Source: an uncultured Nitrospiraceae bacterium (GTDB lineage Bacteria > Nitrospirota > Thermodesulfovibrionia > Thermodesulfovibrionales > Dissulfurispiraceae). From it: 64,000 nucleotides of DNA. The position numbers and the translations under genes were made by a program. Positions 40,671 through 49,690 of the stretch are shown here, in pieces. The stretch is taken from assembly GCA_963705105.1 (NCBI GenBank), contig CAVPIW010000007.1, positions 192,001-256,000 on the forward strand, written 5' to 3'. Each line of letters opens with the position of its first letter. Within the stretch, counting starts at the first letter, position 1. A model generated the notes under the pieces. It was not told the origin of the DNA. It saw only the letters and a list, made by a program, of their open reading frames with translations, and did not search any database.

Positions 40671-41798
40671 ATGAGACTGCACCCTTTCGACTCCCTCCTA
40701 TACCTGACGCTTCGCCTGCTGAAGACCCTCGACAGGAGGCAGACCACGCTGGAGCACTTCGATCCTGCAAAGGTCAGGCGGATACTCGTCGTCTCCTCGA
40801 CGGCCATCGGCGACACCCTTCTTTCGACCCCGGCCATCAGGGCGGTGCGGCAGGAGTACCCGCACGCTCGGATCATCGCCCACTTCAACGTGAAGAACAG
40901 GGAGCTCTTCGAGAACAATCCCCACATCGACGGGATCATTCCCTACCACGGAGGGTACAGGCGCTTTTTCAGGACCGTCCTCGAATTCCGGAGGCACCGC
41001 TTCGATCTCGCCCTGATCTTTCATGGAAACGAACCGCAGGCGACCCCCATGGCCTATCTCTCCGGAGCCCCCTTCATCATGAAGATACCCGTGCCGAAAC
41101 AGTACGGCTTCCTCCTGAGCAACAGGACGAACTGTTTCAGCGACCCCTGGAGCCACCACGCCATCGAGGTGAGGCTAAAGACGGCTGAGCTCGCCCGGTG
41201 CATGTCTCAGGACAGGCGCATGGTGCTCATCGTCGACGATGAAGACAGGAGATGGGCTTCGGCATTCCTCTCCGCTTCCGGCGTCAGGCCCGGCGATGTT
41301 GTCATCGGTTTTCAGACAGGTGCGGCAACGCCGCAGAAGACCTGGCCGGAGCGATCATTCATCGAGCTGGGGAAGCGGCTCCTGGCGATGGACGGGCATA
41401 TCCGGATCATCCTGACGGGTTCGGCAGGGGAGCGTCCTGCCTGCGAGAAGATGGCCCGTGAAATCGGGGAGGGTGCACTCTCCGTTGCCGGCATCCCCAC
41501 GCTGAAACAGCTCGGAGCCCTCGTGGAGGCCCTCACCCTGCTCGTGACGAACGACACGGGGACCATGCACATCGCCGTCGCCCTGCAGACGCCGACGGTA
41601 TCTCTCTTCTGCCCGACGAACCCCCTCGGTGTGGGACCGATCCAGGACCGGGATCTGCATACCGTCGTGCACCGTGATAAACCGTGTTCTCCCTGTCATT
41701 CGAAGAAATGCGACGATCCCTTCTGCATGGGGCTCATCCCCGTTGACGACGTCTTCCAGGCCGTTTCCGGGCGGTTACATGCGCATCGCCCTGTATAA
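40671..41798 (+). CDS. Glycosyltransferase family 9
   Basis: AIGDTLLSTP, K.WP, NDTGTMH motifs. Confidence 0.9.
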   Translation: MRLHPFDSLLYLTLRLLKTLDRRQTTLEHFDPAKVRRILVVSSTAIGDTLLSTPAIRAVRQEYPHARIIAHFNVKNRELFENNPHIDGIIPYHGGYRRFFRTVLEFRRHRFDLALIFHGNEPQATPMAYLSGAPFIMKIPVPKQYGFLLSNRTNCFSDPWSHHAIEVRLKTAELARCMSQDRRMVLIVDDEDRRWASAFLSASGVRPGDVVIGFQTGAATPQKTWPERSFIELGKRLLAMDGHIRIILTGSAGERPACEKMAREIGEGALSVAGIPTLKQLGALVEALTLLVTNDTGTMHIAVALQTPTVSLFCPTNPLGVGPIQDRDLHTVVHRDKPCSPCHSKKCDDPFCMGLIPVDDVFQAVSGRLHAHRPV

Positions 41799-42891
41799 CC
41801 TGACGACGACAACGAAATCGGGAGGCATCGAGACCTTCAACTGGGAACTGGGGAAAGCCCTTGCCGCGCGGGGTCACCGCGTCGACCTCTTCGGCGGCAT
41901 AGGCTCAAAAGCCCGCCCCGGTCAGGACGGCCTGTCAGTGCGCCTCTATCCGTTCCTGGCGAGGGAACTCATTCCCAACCTGGGCACGAGGTTCAGGAAA
42001 TTCGCCGAACGGCTCTCCTTTGCGCTCTTTGCCGTCCGGGACCTCGCCGGAGGTCGCTACGATTTCATCTATGTCTCGAAACCCTTCGACATTCCGGCGG
42101 CCCTCGTCGCATCGCGCATGTCCCATGCGCGGGTGATCTACGGCTCCGGCGGCACGGAGTTCTTCCCCCTTTATGGGTCCCTCGTGAAGAAGGTCGACCA
42201 GATCTTCGCCTGCAGCGCCTTCAACGCATCCCAGATCGAGGAGTATTGCGGTGTGAAGCCCCGTGTCCTATACAACGGCGTCAATACGGATCTGTTCCGC
42301 CCCCTCCCTCCCGATGAGACACTGAGGAGCAAGGTCGGACTCGGCCGGGATGATTTTGTCCTTATGAGCGCATGCAGGCTTGTGGGATGGAAAGGCATCC
42401 AGGTTGCCCTGAAGGCGTTGCAGAAGATCCTCCGGAAGGGCCTTGCCGTGCAGTATGTCATCATCGGCGACGGTGAGTATAGTCAGGACCTCAAAGCCCT
42501 CTCCGAAGGACTCGGCATCGCGGAGAGGGTCCACTTCACCGGTTCCGTAGAGAACGCCCTGTTGCCGAATTATTATTCCCTGGCCGGTGCCGCAGTTTTC
42601 CCGAGCATCGCCAACGAGACCTTCGGCATTGCGATCGCCGAGGCGATGGCCTGCGGCATCCCTGTCCTGTCGACAACCGTCGGGGGCATCCCCGAGGTGG
42701 TTGGAAACGCCGGCATACTCCTTCCCCCCTCTGATGAAGGAGTCCTCGTCGATGCGCTGGAGAGCCTCATCGCCGACCCTGATATGCGGAAAGAGACGGG
42801 AGCGAGGGGAAGAGAGCGTGTTGCTCAACGGTTCGGCTGGGATGTTATAGTAAATATTTTCGAAAACTATCTGGGTATAAAAGGATCATAA
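41779..42891 (+). CDS. Glycosyltransferase family 4
   Basis: RLVGWKG and ETFGIAIAEAMACG motifs. Confidence 0.9.
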   Translation: MRIALYNLTTTTKSGGIETFNWELGKALAARGHRVDLFGGIGSKARPGQDGLSVRLYPFLARELIPNLGTRFRKFAERLSFALFAVRDLAGGRYDFIYVSKPFDIPAALVASRMSHARVIYGSGGTEFFPLYGSLVKKVDQIFACSAFNASQIEEYCGVKPRVLYNGVNTDLFRPLPPDETLRSKVGLGRDDFVLMSACRLVGWKGIQVALKALQKILRKGLAVQYVIIGDGEYSQDLKALSEGLGIAERVHFTGSVENALLPNYYSLAGAAVFPSIANETFGIAIAEAMACGIPVLSTTVGGIPEVVGNAGILLPPSDEGVLVDALESLIADPDMRKETGARGRERVAQRFGWDVIVNIFENYLGIKGS

Positions 42892-42906
42892 ATACGTGGA
42901 GAAAGC

Positions 42907-44136
42907 ATGATAGCCGGGATGACGGGAAAAGACGGCACATTGCCGGACCGGACCCTCGTCACCGGCATGGAACTGGGCACGTACGTTTTCACCCTGCTCA
43001 TGTTCGCAGGCGCTTTCGGGACGATCAGGGAAGCCGGCCTCTATCTGCCGCCCGCGCTCTGGCTGATCCGGTGCGGCCTCAGACGGACGATCGACCTCAA
43101 CTGGCGTGAGCCTCTCTTTGTCTGCCTCATCGCACTCTCCGTCTCAGGGTTCCTCTCGTCATTCCTCGCTCATGGGCTGTCGCAGGCTTTGCTCCTTTTC
43201 AAGAGGGAATACCTCAAGATGATCCTCCTGTATTGCGTCATATCGACGGTGTTCACCCCTGTGAGAAGGCTGGAATCGCTGTGCCGGTTTCTCGCTTTCG
43301 CCGGTCTGCCCTACCTGCTCTACGCGGCATACACGCTCAGCGTCAATCTCGTGCAGACGGGCACGACGGTGTATCTGGAAACCCGTTACTTTGCGACGAT
43401 CATCATCTTCTTTCTCCCCTTCTTCCTGCTTCAGAGCGCTACGACACCGGCCGGACGATGGATGGTGTGGAAGGTCCCCGTTGTCGTCTCTTTCATAGAA
43501 CTCATCGTCATCGGCGTCAGAGGGAGCTGGCTCGCCGCGGCGACGATCCTCGCCATCTGGCGATTGTCCTGGAAAAGACCCCGGCATAGGTGGAACGTCA
43601 GGAGAGCCATGCTTGCCGTTGTCGTCGTCCTCCTCGGCGTGATCGTCGTCTTCCTCCTCTTTCCCTCCCAGTTTCAGCTTATCCGCGAGCATACCTTCGC
43701 CGTCATCCAGATGTCGCTCCGGCTGGAGGGATGGGAGGTCTTTGTCGCCATGGCTCTCGACCGGCCGCTATTCGGTCACGGTCTCGACGACACGAGCATG
43801 TCCGCCCGGTTCAAAGAGGTCTACAGGGAGATGAAGGGGACGGAAGTCCCGCCGCTGGTGCCGACGACGCCCCACAGCCAGTTTCTGAAGATCTTCTACC
43901 AGCAGGGGCTTCCCGGTCTCCTGCTGTACCTGTCGCTGCTTCTCCTCTTTGTCTGGCGTCTCATTTCAACAGCCGCCCGGAGACCGGGAGTATCGCTGGG
44001 GATCGTGGCTGCGCTGATCGCGGGATGCCTCGGCGAGTATGCCCTGCACTGCCTGATCGAAGACAGGAGTCTCATCCCCCTCGGCGTGCTCCTTGGAATG
44101 GCAGGGGCCTTCATCGGTCCGGGGAGGAAGCGGTGA
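42907..44136 (+). CDS. O-antigen ligase family protein
   Basis: Multi-TM; RGSWL, R...W, PLFGHG, PHS.FL....QQGL.G motifs. Confidence 0.8.
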   Translation: MIAGMTGKDGTLPDRTLVTGMELGTYVFTLLMFAGAFGTIREAGLYLPPALWLIRCGLRRTIDLNWREPLFVCLIALSVSGFLSSFLAHGLSQALLLFKREYLKMILLYCVISTVFTPVRRLESLCRFLAFAGLPYLLYAAYTLSVNLVQTGTTVYLETRYFATIIIFFLPFFLLQSATTPAGRWMVWKVPVVVSFIELIVIGVRGSWLAAATILAIWRLSWKRPRHRWNVRRAMLAVVVVLLGVIVVFLLFPSQFQLIREHTFAVIQMSLRLEGWEVFVAMALDRPLFGHGLDDTSMSARFKEVYREMKGTEVPPLVPTTPHSQFLKIFYQQGLPGLLLYLSLLLLFVWRLISTAARRPGVSLGIVAALIAGCLGEYALHCLIEDRSLIPLGVLLGMAGAFIGPGRKR

Positions 44137-45305
44137 AGCAGCCCGTCACGATCGTGTATCCCGTTCCGGAAGCCCTCCCAGACCCGAGGGCGCGCTTCAT
44201 ACAGATCGTCAATACCTGTTCCGCCCTTGCGCAGTCCGGTGTGAAGGTCGTCCTCATCTGCGGCGGGGGCAGGGGCGCTACCCGTGACGAGATCCTCTCA
44301 TTCTACGGCATTCCCGACCACGAGAACCTGGTCATTCAACCCCTCCCGATGCTGCGAAGGGCCGGCGTTGGTCATTTCAGCGTTTCCTGGCACGGAGTGT
44401 TCCAGATCAGCCTCTTTGCACACCTCATGAGGGAGAGATCGTACAGAAAGGCATGGACGGTGCTCTTCGTCAGGCACCTGAAGCTTGCGGCCTTCCTCCT
44501 GAAGTGGAAGCGGCTCATCCCCTTCCCGATGATCTTCGAAGTCCACGAGATCTTTCACCTGACGACGGTGAAGAAGAAAAAGAGGGATTTGCTCAAGGCC
44601 CTGGAAAAGCGAGTCTACCATCGTGCCGATGCCATCGTCGCGATCTCTCACGCCATCGAGGACTTTCTCGTTGCCATGAATATCCCCGGGTCGTCGATCC
44701 ACGTCATCCACAACGGGATCAAGAAAGAGTGGTTCGACCTCCACGGCCAGGCGAGTCCCTCCTACATCTGCTATACCGGGAGCCTCTACGCATGGAAAGG
44801 CGTGGACACGATCATATCAGCCATGAGATACCTGCCCGGCGAAAGACTGCTCATCGTCGGCGGCGGCAGCCGGCTTGACGAATTGAAGAGACTGGCCGAA
44901 AGCGAGGGCGTTTCCGACAGGGTCGTCTTTGCCGGACCGGTTCCCCACTCGGCCATACCGGAGTATCTTTCGCAGGCGAAGATCACCATTCTGCCCAATG
45001 TGCCCGACGGCCCGACGGAGTTCTCGTCACCGCTGAAGCTCTTCGAATACATGGCCAGCGGCATCCCGATCGTGGCAACGGACATTCCCGTTTTCCGGGA
45101 GATCCTCACGGACAGGGTGAATGCCATGATCTGCAAACCGAACAACCCCGAGACACTGGCGTCCTGCATAGACGGGATCGTCCACAACCGGGACATGGCG
45201 ACAGAGCTCGGCAGGAGAGCGAAGGAGCTCGCGATGAATTACACCTATGAAAAAAGGGCCGAGAAGATCCTCTCCGTCATCGCCGGCATCCTCCCGCAGG
45301 CATGA
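44133..45305 (+). CDS. Glycosyltransferase family 4
   Basis: YTGSLYAWKG and SPLKLFEYMASG motifs. Confidence 0.9.
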   Translation: MKQPVTIVYPVPEALPDPRARFIQIVNTCSALAQSGVKVVLICGGGRGATRDEILSFYGIPDHENLVIQPLPMLRRAGVGHFSVSWHGVFQISLFAHLMRERSYRKAWTVLFVRHLKLAAFLLKWKRLIPFPMIFEVHEIFHLTTVKKKKRDLLKALEKRVYHRADAIVAISHAIEDFLVAMNIPGSSIHVIHNGIKKEWFDLHGQASPSYICYTGSLYAWKGVDTIISAMRYLPGERLLIVGGGSRLDELKRLAESEGVSDRVVFAGPVPHSAIPEYLSQAKITILPNVPDGPTEFSSPLKLFEYMASGIPIVATDIPVFREILTDRVNAMICKPNNPETLASCIDGIVHNRDMATELGRRAKELAMNYTYEKRAEKILSVIAGILPQA

Positions 45306-46309
45306 AGATCCTCTTCATCAGGCGCGACAACATCGGCGACCTCCTCTGCACGACGCCGGCCGTGAGGGCCACTCGCCTGCATTTTCCCGACGCGACGATC
45401 GGCATGCTCGTCAACACATACAACGCAGAAGCCGTCATGAACAACCCCGACATCGACCGGCTCTACATGTATGAAAAAGCGAAGCACGCGGTGGGTAAAG
45501 GCAAACTGTCCGTCTGGAGGAGCAACCTGGACATACTCCGCCGCGTCCGTTCGGAATCCTATGACGTGGCCATCGGATGCGGCTCCTATTCGAAGAGACT
45601 CGCGCGGTACACCTTCTTCACGGGTGCACCAAAAAGAATCGGGTATGTGAAAGAACATGTGAAAGCGCCCTGGTACACCGTGCCGCTGCCCGACAGGCAG
45701 GAGCGTCTCCACGAGGTGGAGCGGACCTTCAGGCTCCTGGCACCCCTCGGGATCGGCGGTGAGCCCCCGCCTATGCGCGTCGTCCCCGGTGATGATGAGG
45801 TTCGCCGAGTTCAGGCGATTCTCAGGGAGGCTGGAAAGAAGCGCGGTCCCGTGATCGCCTTCCACATCAGCAGCAGGAGGCGGGAGAACCGGTGGGATGT
45901 GAAGAAATTCATTGAGCTCGGTGAGCGACTTTCCCGTGAAGCAGACGCCTCCATTCTGCTCCTCTGGGCGCCGGGCAGCCACGACAATGTCACCCACCCC
46001 GGCGATGATGAAATGGCGGCGACCATTGTCGACCGGATGGAACCGAAACCGGTGGCCTGCCCGACGGCCCGCCTCGCAGAACTGATTGCAGCACTCAGCG
46101 TGTGCAACCTCGTCGTCTGCTGCGACGGAGGAGCGATGCACATCGCCGCAGCCCTCGGAAAGCCTCTCGTCGTCCTCTGGGGCTCGACGGACCCGGCCCG
46201 CTGGAGTCCCTGGAAGACGGCGCACGTCCTCGTGAGTGACGGAACGGGGAGGGCTGAGCATGTGCCGGTGGAGGCTGTCCTGGAGGCGATAAAAAGCATC
46301 CTGCCGTGA
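45302..46309 (+). CDS. Glycosyltransferase family 9
   Basis: RRDNIGDLLCTTP, DGGAMHIAAA, W.PW motifs. Confidence 0.9.
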   Translation: MKILFIRRDNIGDLLCTTPAVRATRLHFPDATIGMLVNTYNAEAVMNNPDIDRLYMYEKAKHAVGKGKLSVWRSNLDILRRVRSESYDVAIGCGSYSKRLARYTFFTGAPKRIGYVKEHVKAPWYTVPLPDRQERLHEVERTFRLLAPLGIGGEPPPMRVVPGDDEVRRVQAILREAGKKRGPVIAFHISSRRRENRWDVKKFIELGERLSREADASILLLWAPGSHDNVTHPGDDEMAATIVDRMEPKPVACPTARLAELIAALSVCNLVVCCDGGAMHIAAALGKPLVVLWGSTDPARWSPWKTAHVLVSDGTGRAEHVPVEAVLEAIKSILP

Positions 46310-46322
46310 TCAGCGGTCATGG

Positions 46323-47555
46323 TCAGTTCATTTCGTAGAGAAGCCGTACCTCTTCGGCTGAAAGAGGCCTGTCATAAATGCGGGTCTCTCCTATGCCGCC
46401 CTTGAAGGTGAAGAACCGGCTGTTCGATCGCGCCGCCAGCGTCGTTCCCCTGCCTACCGAAAAGACATTTTTAAAGGGGACATCGGCGAAGAATTTCATT
46501 GTCCCGGCATTGCCGGCATTGTAATGACGCTGCGCCATCTCGACGCCGTTAAGGTATCCCGTGTTGCCGGCATCGCTCACAACAGCCGCGAAATGGTACC
46601 AGCGTCCCTGCGCAAGATTGACTCCGGAATCGAAGCAGAGGATGAGCTTGCCGTATGCGGCGACGGTGAAGTATAGTTTTTCGTTCGACAGGCTGTTCTG
46701 ACCGACTTCGATGACGAGGAAGTTGTTGAATCCGTTCTCGCCGAGATAGAGGACCGGCGACACGGCATTTCCCAGGGGAATCCCCTCGTAGTAAAACCAT
46801 ACCGAAATGGTGCCCTGCTTCAGCCTGCCGACGAGATCGGCGGCCCGTGACGGCAGGTCCGCCTCGCCTGTCAGCCCGTTGAAGGAGACGGCATAGCCCG
46901 ACGCCGGCCCGGACGCCCAGCGGCCGCCCAGGATCGTCCCGTGAAGATTATTGTCCGAATGATCGTGGAGAATCGTCCCCGTCCCCTCGGAGAAGGGATA
47001 ATACAAGGCGAGCCCTTTCCCGGGATCGGGAGGGCTCAGGGGTATGGAGAAGTCCGTCATCCAGAGCATGAAGCTGTCGAGGCTCCGGCGGGGCGTGACG
47101 AGGAGGGCGACGGTATAGCTCCCGGCAGGAATGGACGATGCGGGGAGACTGAAGAGGCTCTCGTCGACGGGATCAGGCGCCGTCGTCTTTCTCCACGGTT
47201 CCGCCTCACCGGAGAGGAGTGCCTGATAGACGTCTTTCACAGGAATGGACTGAACGGACCCGTCCGGTTTCATGTTAAAAACGACCGATGTATCGAGCGA
47301 TGAAAGGATGATGACGTACATGTCGACGGGACTGTTGAACTGCTGGATTTTCACGCTGATATCGAGGTTGCTTCCCCCGTTGACGGCAGGTCCTATGCCG
47401 ACCGGCCTGGCCTGAGCCGGGTCATCGTCGACGACGGGCAGGGCCACAGCATCGTAGGTGAACGTCCTCTGTCCGCTCAGGACCGCGGCGAATGCCGGAC
47501 CGGCGCTGAGAAAAAGCACCATCGCAAGCAGCATGATCGTCAGACTTCTTTTCAT
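46323..47555 (-). CDS. Exported protein: uncharacterised N-domain plus LamG-like domain
   Basis: Signal peptide; YYPFSEG.G....D.S.N..HG, TISVW, WYH.A.V, RIYDRPLS motifs. Confidence 0.85.
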   Translation of the reverse strand: MKRSLTIMLLAMVLFLSAGPAFAAVLSGQRTFTYDAVALPVVDDDPAQARPVGIGPAVNGGSNLDISVKIQQFNSPVDMYVIILSSLDTSVVFNMKPDGSVQSIPVKDVYQALLSGEAEPWRKTTAPDPVDESLFSLPASSIPAGSYTVALLVTPRRSLDSFMLWMTDFSIPLSPPDPGKGLALYYPFSEGTGTILHDHSDNNLHGTILGGRWASGPASGYAVSFNGLTGEADLPSRAADLVGRLKQGTISVWFYYEGIPLGNAVSPVLYLGENGFNNFLVIEVGQNSLSNEKLYFTVAAYGKLILCFDSGVNLAQGRWYHFAAVVSDAGNTGYLNGVEMAQRHYNAGNAGTMKFFADVPFKNVFSVGRGTTLAARSNSRFFTFKGGIGETRIYDRPLSAEEVRLLYEMN

Positions 47556-47648
47556 ATCGTTTTACCCCTGTCCGGATGATTGTGAATGCTGAAGATATAG
47601 TTCTGTTATCGTCCGTTGCGGCGCATCGATGCAGTGTCCCGCAGGTTT

Positions 47649-47836
47649 ACCGTATCGTTGCAATACACTCCCGGGAAAGGCAGGGCGTATGCGCCGAAAA
47701 CCTTGCTGCGGCGACACATTTCCGTTACGAAAGGGAATATTTTAAGCCGATGGTCGAAAAGTGAGCTTTTTAATGACACGCACACTGACACTGTTTTTCA
47801 GAGCGCTTCGCCCCGCCTTTCAATGCAACTGCAAGG
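47649..47836 (+). repeat. Dispersed modular element (6-mer type)
   Basis: Same arms and modules as the copies at 32255 and 53976. Confidence 0.88.
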
Positions 47837-47889
47837 AAAGGACGTTGAATTCCGATTGGATTTTATTTCCCTTTATGATATGGTTAGAT

Positions 47890-48306
47890 ATGATTCGCTT
47901 TAAAAAGATTCCTGAAGACATTCACGAAAGAATCGGTCTCCTGACCGATATTTTCTCAGAAGATTCCAACATCGTCTTTGCCTATCTCTTCGGAGGATTG
48001 CTAAGAGATAAAGCGAGTCCCTTGAGCGATGTCGATGTGGCAATATATGTGAATAATGTGAAAAGTCTGGATTATCTCGCCTTATTCGGCAAGATTTCGG
48101 AAACCCTTTCCACCGATGAGATCGACCTGGTGGTCCTGAATTCGGCGCCCGTCAGCCTTGCCGGAAGGATCGTGCAGAAGAGAAAAGTCCTGATCGACAA
48201 GGACCCTTTTTTGAGACACAAATACGAATCGCGGATGCTGAGGGAATTTTTCGACTTTTCAGTAAAAGAACGGGAGATTCTTCACCGGAGGTACGGCATT
48301 GGTTGA
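47890..48306 (+). CDS. Minimal nucleotidyltransferase (MntA-like)
   Basis: FAYLFGG......PLSDVDVAIY and IDLVVLN.AP motifs. Confidence 0.88.
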   Translation: MIRFKKIPEDIHERIGLLTDIFSEDSNIVFAYLFGGLLRDKASPLSDVDVAIYVNNVKSLDYLALFGKISETLSTDEIDLVVLNSAPVSLAGRIVQKRKVLIDKDPFLRHKYESRMLREFFDFSVKEREILHRRYGIG

Positions 48307-48463
48307 CAGTCTCCTGGTGGGAAGAAAGCTTGGGCAGATCGATACTTATCTGAAGCAGATCGGGGATTACTCGAAGATTTCGCTGACACAATACAAGGAC
48401 GACTGGAAACAGTACAAGAAAAGGATCATTAAATACTTATCCGCGCAGGAAAGCAGCAAATAA
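48299..48463 (+). pseudogene. HepT/DUF86 toxin with in-frame internal deletion
   Basis: TTG start; MVDSLLVGRKL..IDTYLKQI...Y..DWK joined directly to a terminal helix; no RX4-6H motif. Confidence 0.7.
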
Positions 48464-48486
48464 TCCTCTCCTGCCGCAGTCCGGGC

Positions 48487-49281
48487 TTACTTCGCCGCGA
48501 TCCACCCGGCAATCTTTGTGACAACTACCCTCTCATTTCCGTTAAACCCATGGAAAGCGAAAGCCTCGCAGGGGTCTCCGCGGTCTTCACCGCCTGTGAC
48601 GGTGATGAGTTCTTTTCGGGGCGCCCCTTCCAGTCTTTTCATGAGCTGCGGAATGTCCCTGTACAAGCAGTGCTTGCAGCCGTCCATTTCGTGGTGCACA
48701 ACGAGGATGGGAACGGCTATGGATCCCAGCGGCATTGCCGGCACGGGACGACTCTTGTCGTCAGTAAGTATCGTTGAGGTCAACACGAGCCCGTCGGGCC
48801 CGCCGTCTTTGACCCCGAGTTGTGTCGCTACGAAGGCGGCTGATTGGGTCCCCCGGCTCGTCCCGACAAGCCAGACCGGCACATTGTGCTGTTTCTTGAG
48901 CCACGCAATGACCGCCTTGACGTCCTCGACATGTTCGGCCTTTTGACGGAAACCGCCGAGGTATGGAGGATTCTGCCGGTCCGACGGCGCATCGATGACC
49001 AGAACAGACAAACCATTGTCGGCGAATTCCTGACGCGTCCGGACCAGGAAATTTTCCTTGCCCCATTTGAGGCTGCCGTTTTGAGATATCTGGAGACCGC
49101 CGTGTCCTCCGGGGAACAGTATGACCGCAGCCTTGGGATTCTCCGGTGACCGATAAAGAAACCTCTGCGTGACGCCGGGACGGGTCGGGACGTCGACGAC
49201 CTTTTCCGGGACCTGCGCGACGACACTTTGGCTGATAAAAATCATTGCGACAAAACACCAGAATGCAAGCAGCTGTTTCAC
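48487..49281 (-). CDS. Exported alpha/beta hydrolase
   Basis: Signal peptide; LFPGG.G, GTSRG, HH..D.C, HGF motifs. Confidence 0.85.
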   Translation of the reverse strand: MKQLLAFWCFVAMIFISQSVVAQVPEKVVDVPTRPGVTQRFLYRSPENPKAAVILFPGGHGGLQISQNGSLKWGKENFLVRTRQEFADNGLSVLVIDAPSDRQNPPYLGGFRQKAEHVEDVKAVIAWLKKQHNVPVWLVGTSRGTQSAAFVATQLGVKDGGPDGLVLTSTILTDDKSRPVPAMPLGSIAVPILVVHHEMDGCKHCLYRDIPQLMKRLEGAPRKELITVTGGEDRGDPCEAFAFHGFNGNERVVVTKIAGWIAAK

Positions 49282-49377
49282 AAGACCTCCTTCCCGGCCG
49301 TCTTATCATCGCGAAGACCCGGCGCTTTCCGCCCCGCCTTCACAGGTGGTTTAGCTTTGTCGGGGTTCTCTTCTTTA

Positions 49378-49591
49378 ACTTTATCGTTGCAATACAGTCC
49401 CGGGAAAGGCGGGGCGTATGCGTCGAAAACCTTGCTGCGGCGACACCATAACTCTCACAGAAGACAACCTTTCAAACCAATGGTCGACCACACAAAGAGT
49501 GGACTCCTGAAAGACAAACCTGACGAGGAGTATCGTCGCCTTCAGCAAGGCTTTGAGGCACTTCGCCCCGCCTTTCTATGCACCTCAAGGT
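49378..49591 (+). repeat. Dispersed modular element (long-arm type), with an orphan right arm at 49321-49347
   Basis: Colinear with the copies at 17437 and 59699. Confidence 0.9.
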
Positions 49592-49690
49592 AATTTAACT
49601 TGTATCACATAATTCTTTCACTATTCTTTCACTTGCCCATGAGCAATATTAATGAATTTCTATTAATAGCTTCAACGGACCGTCAGCGGC

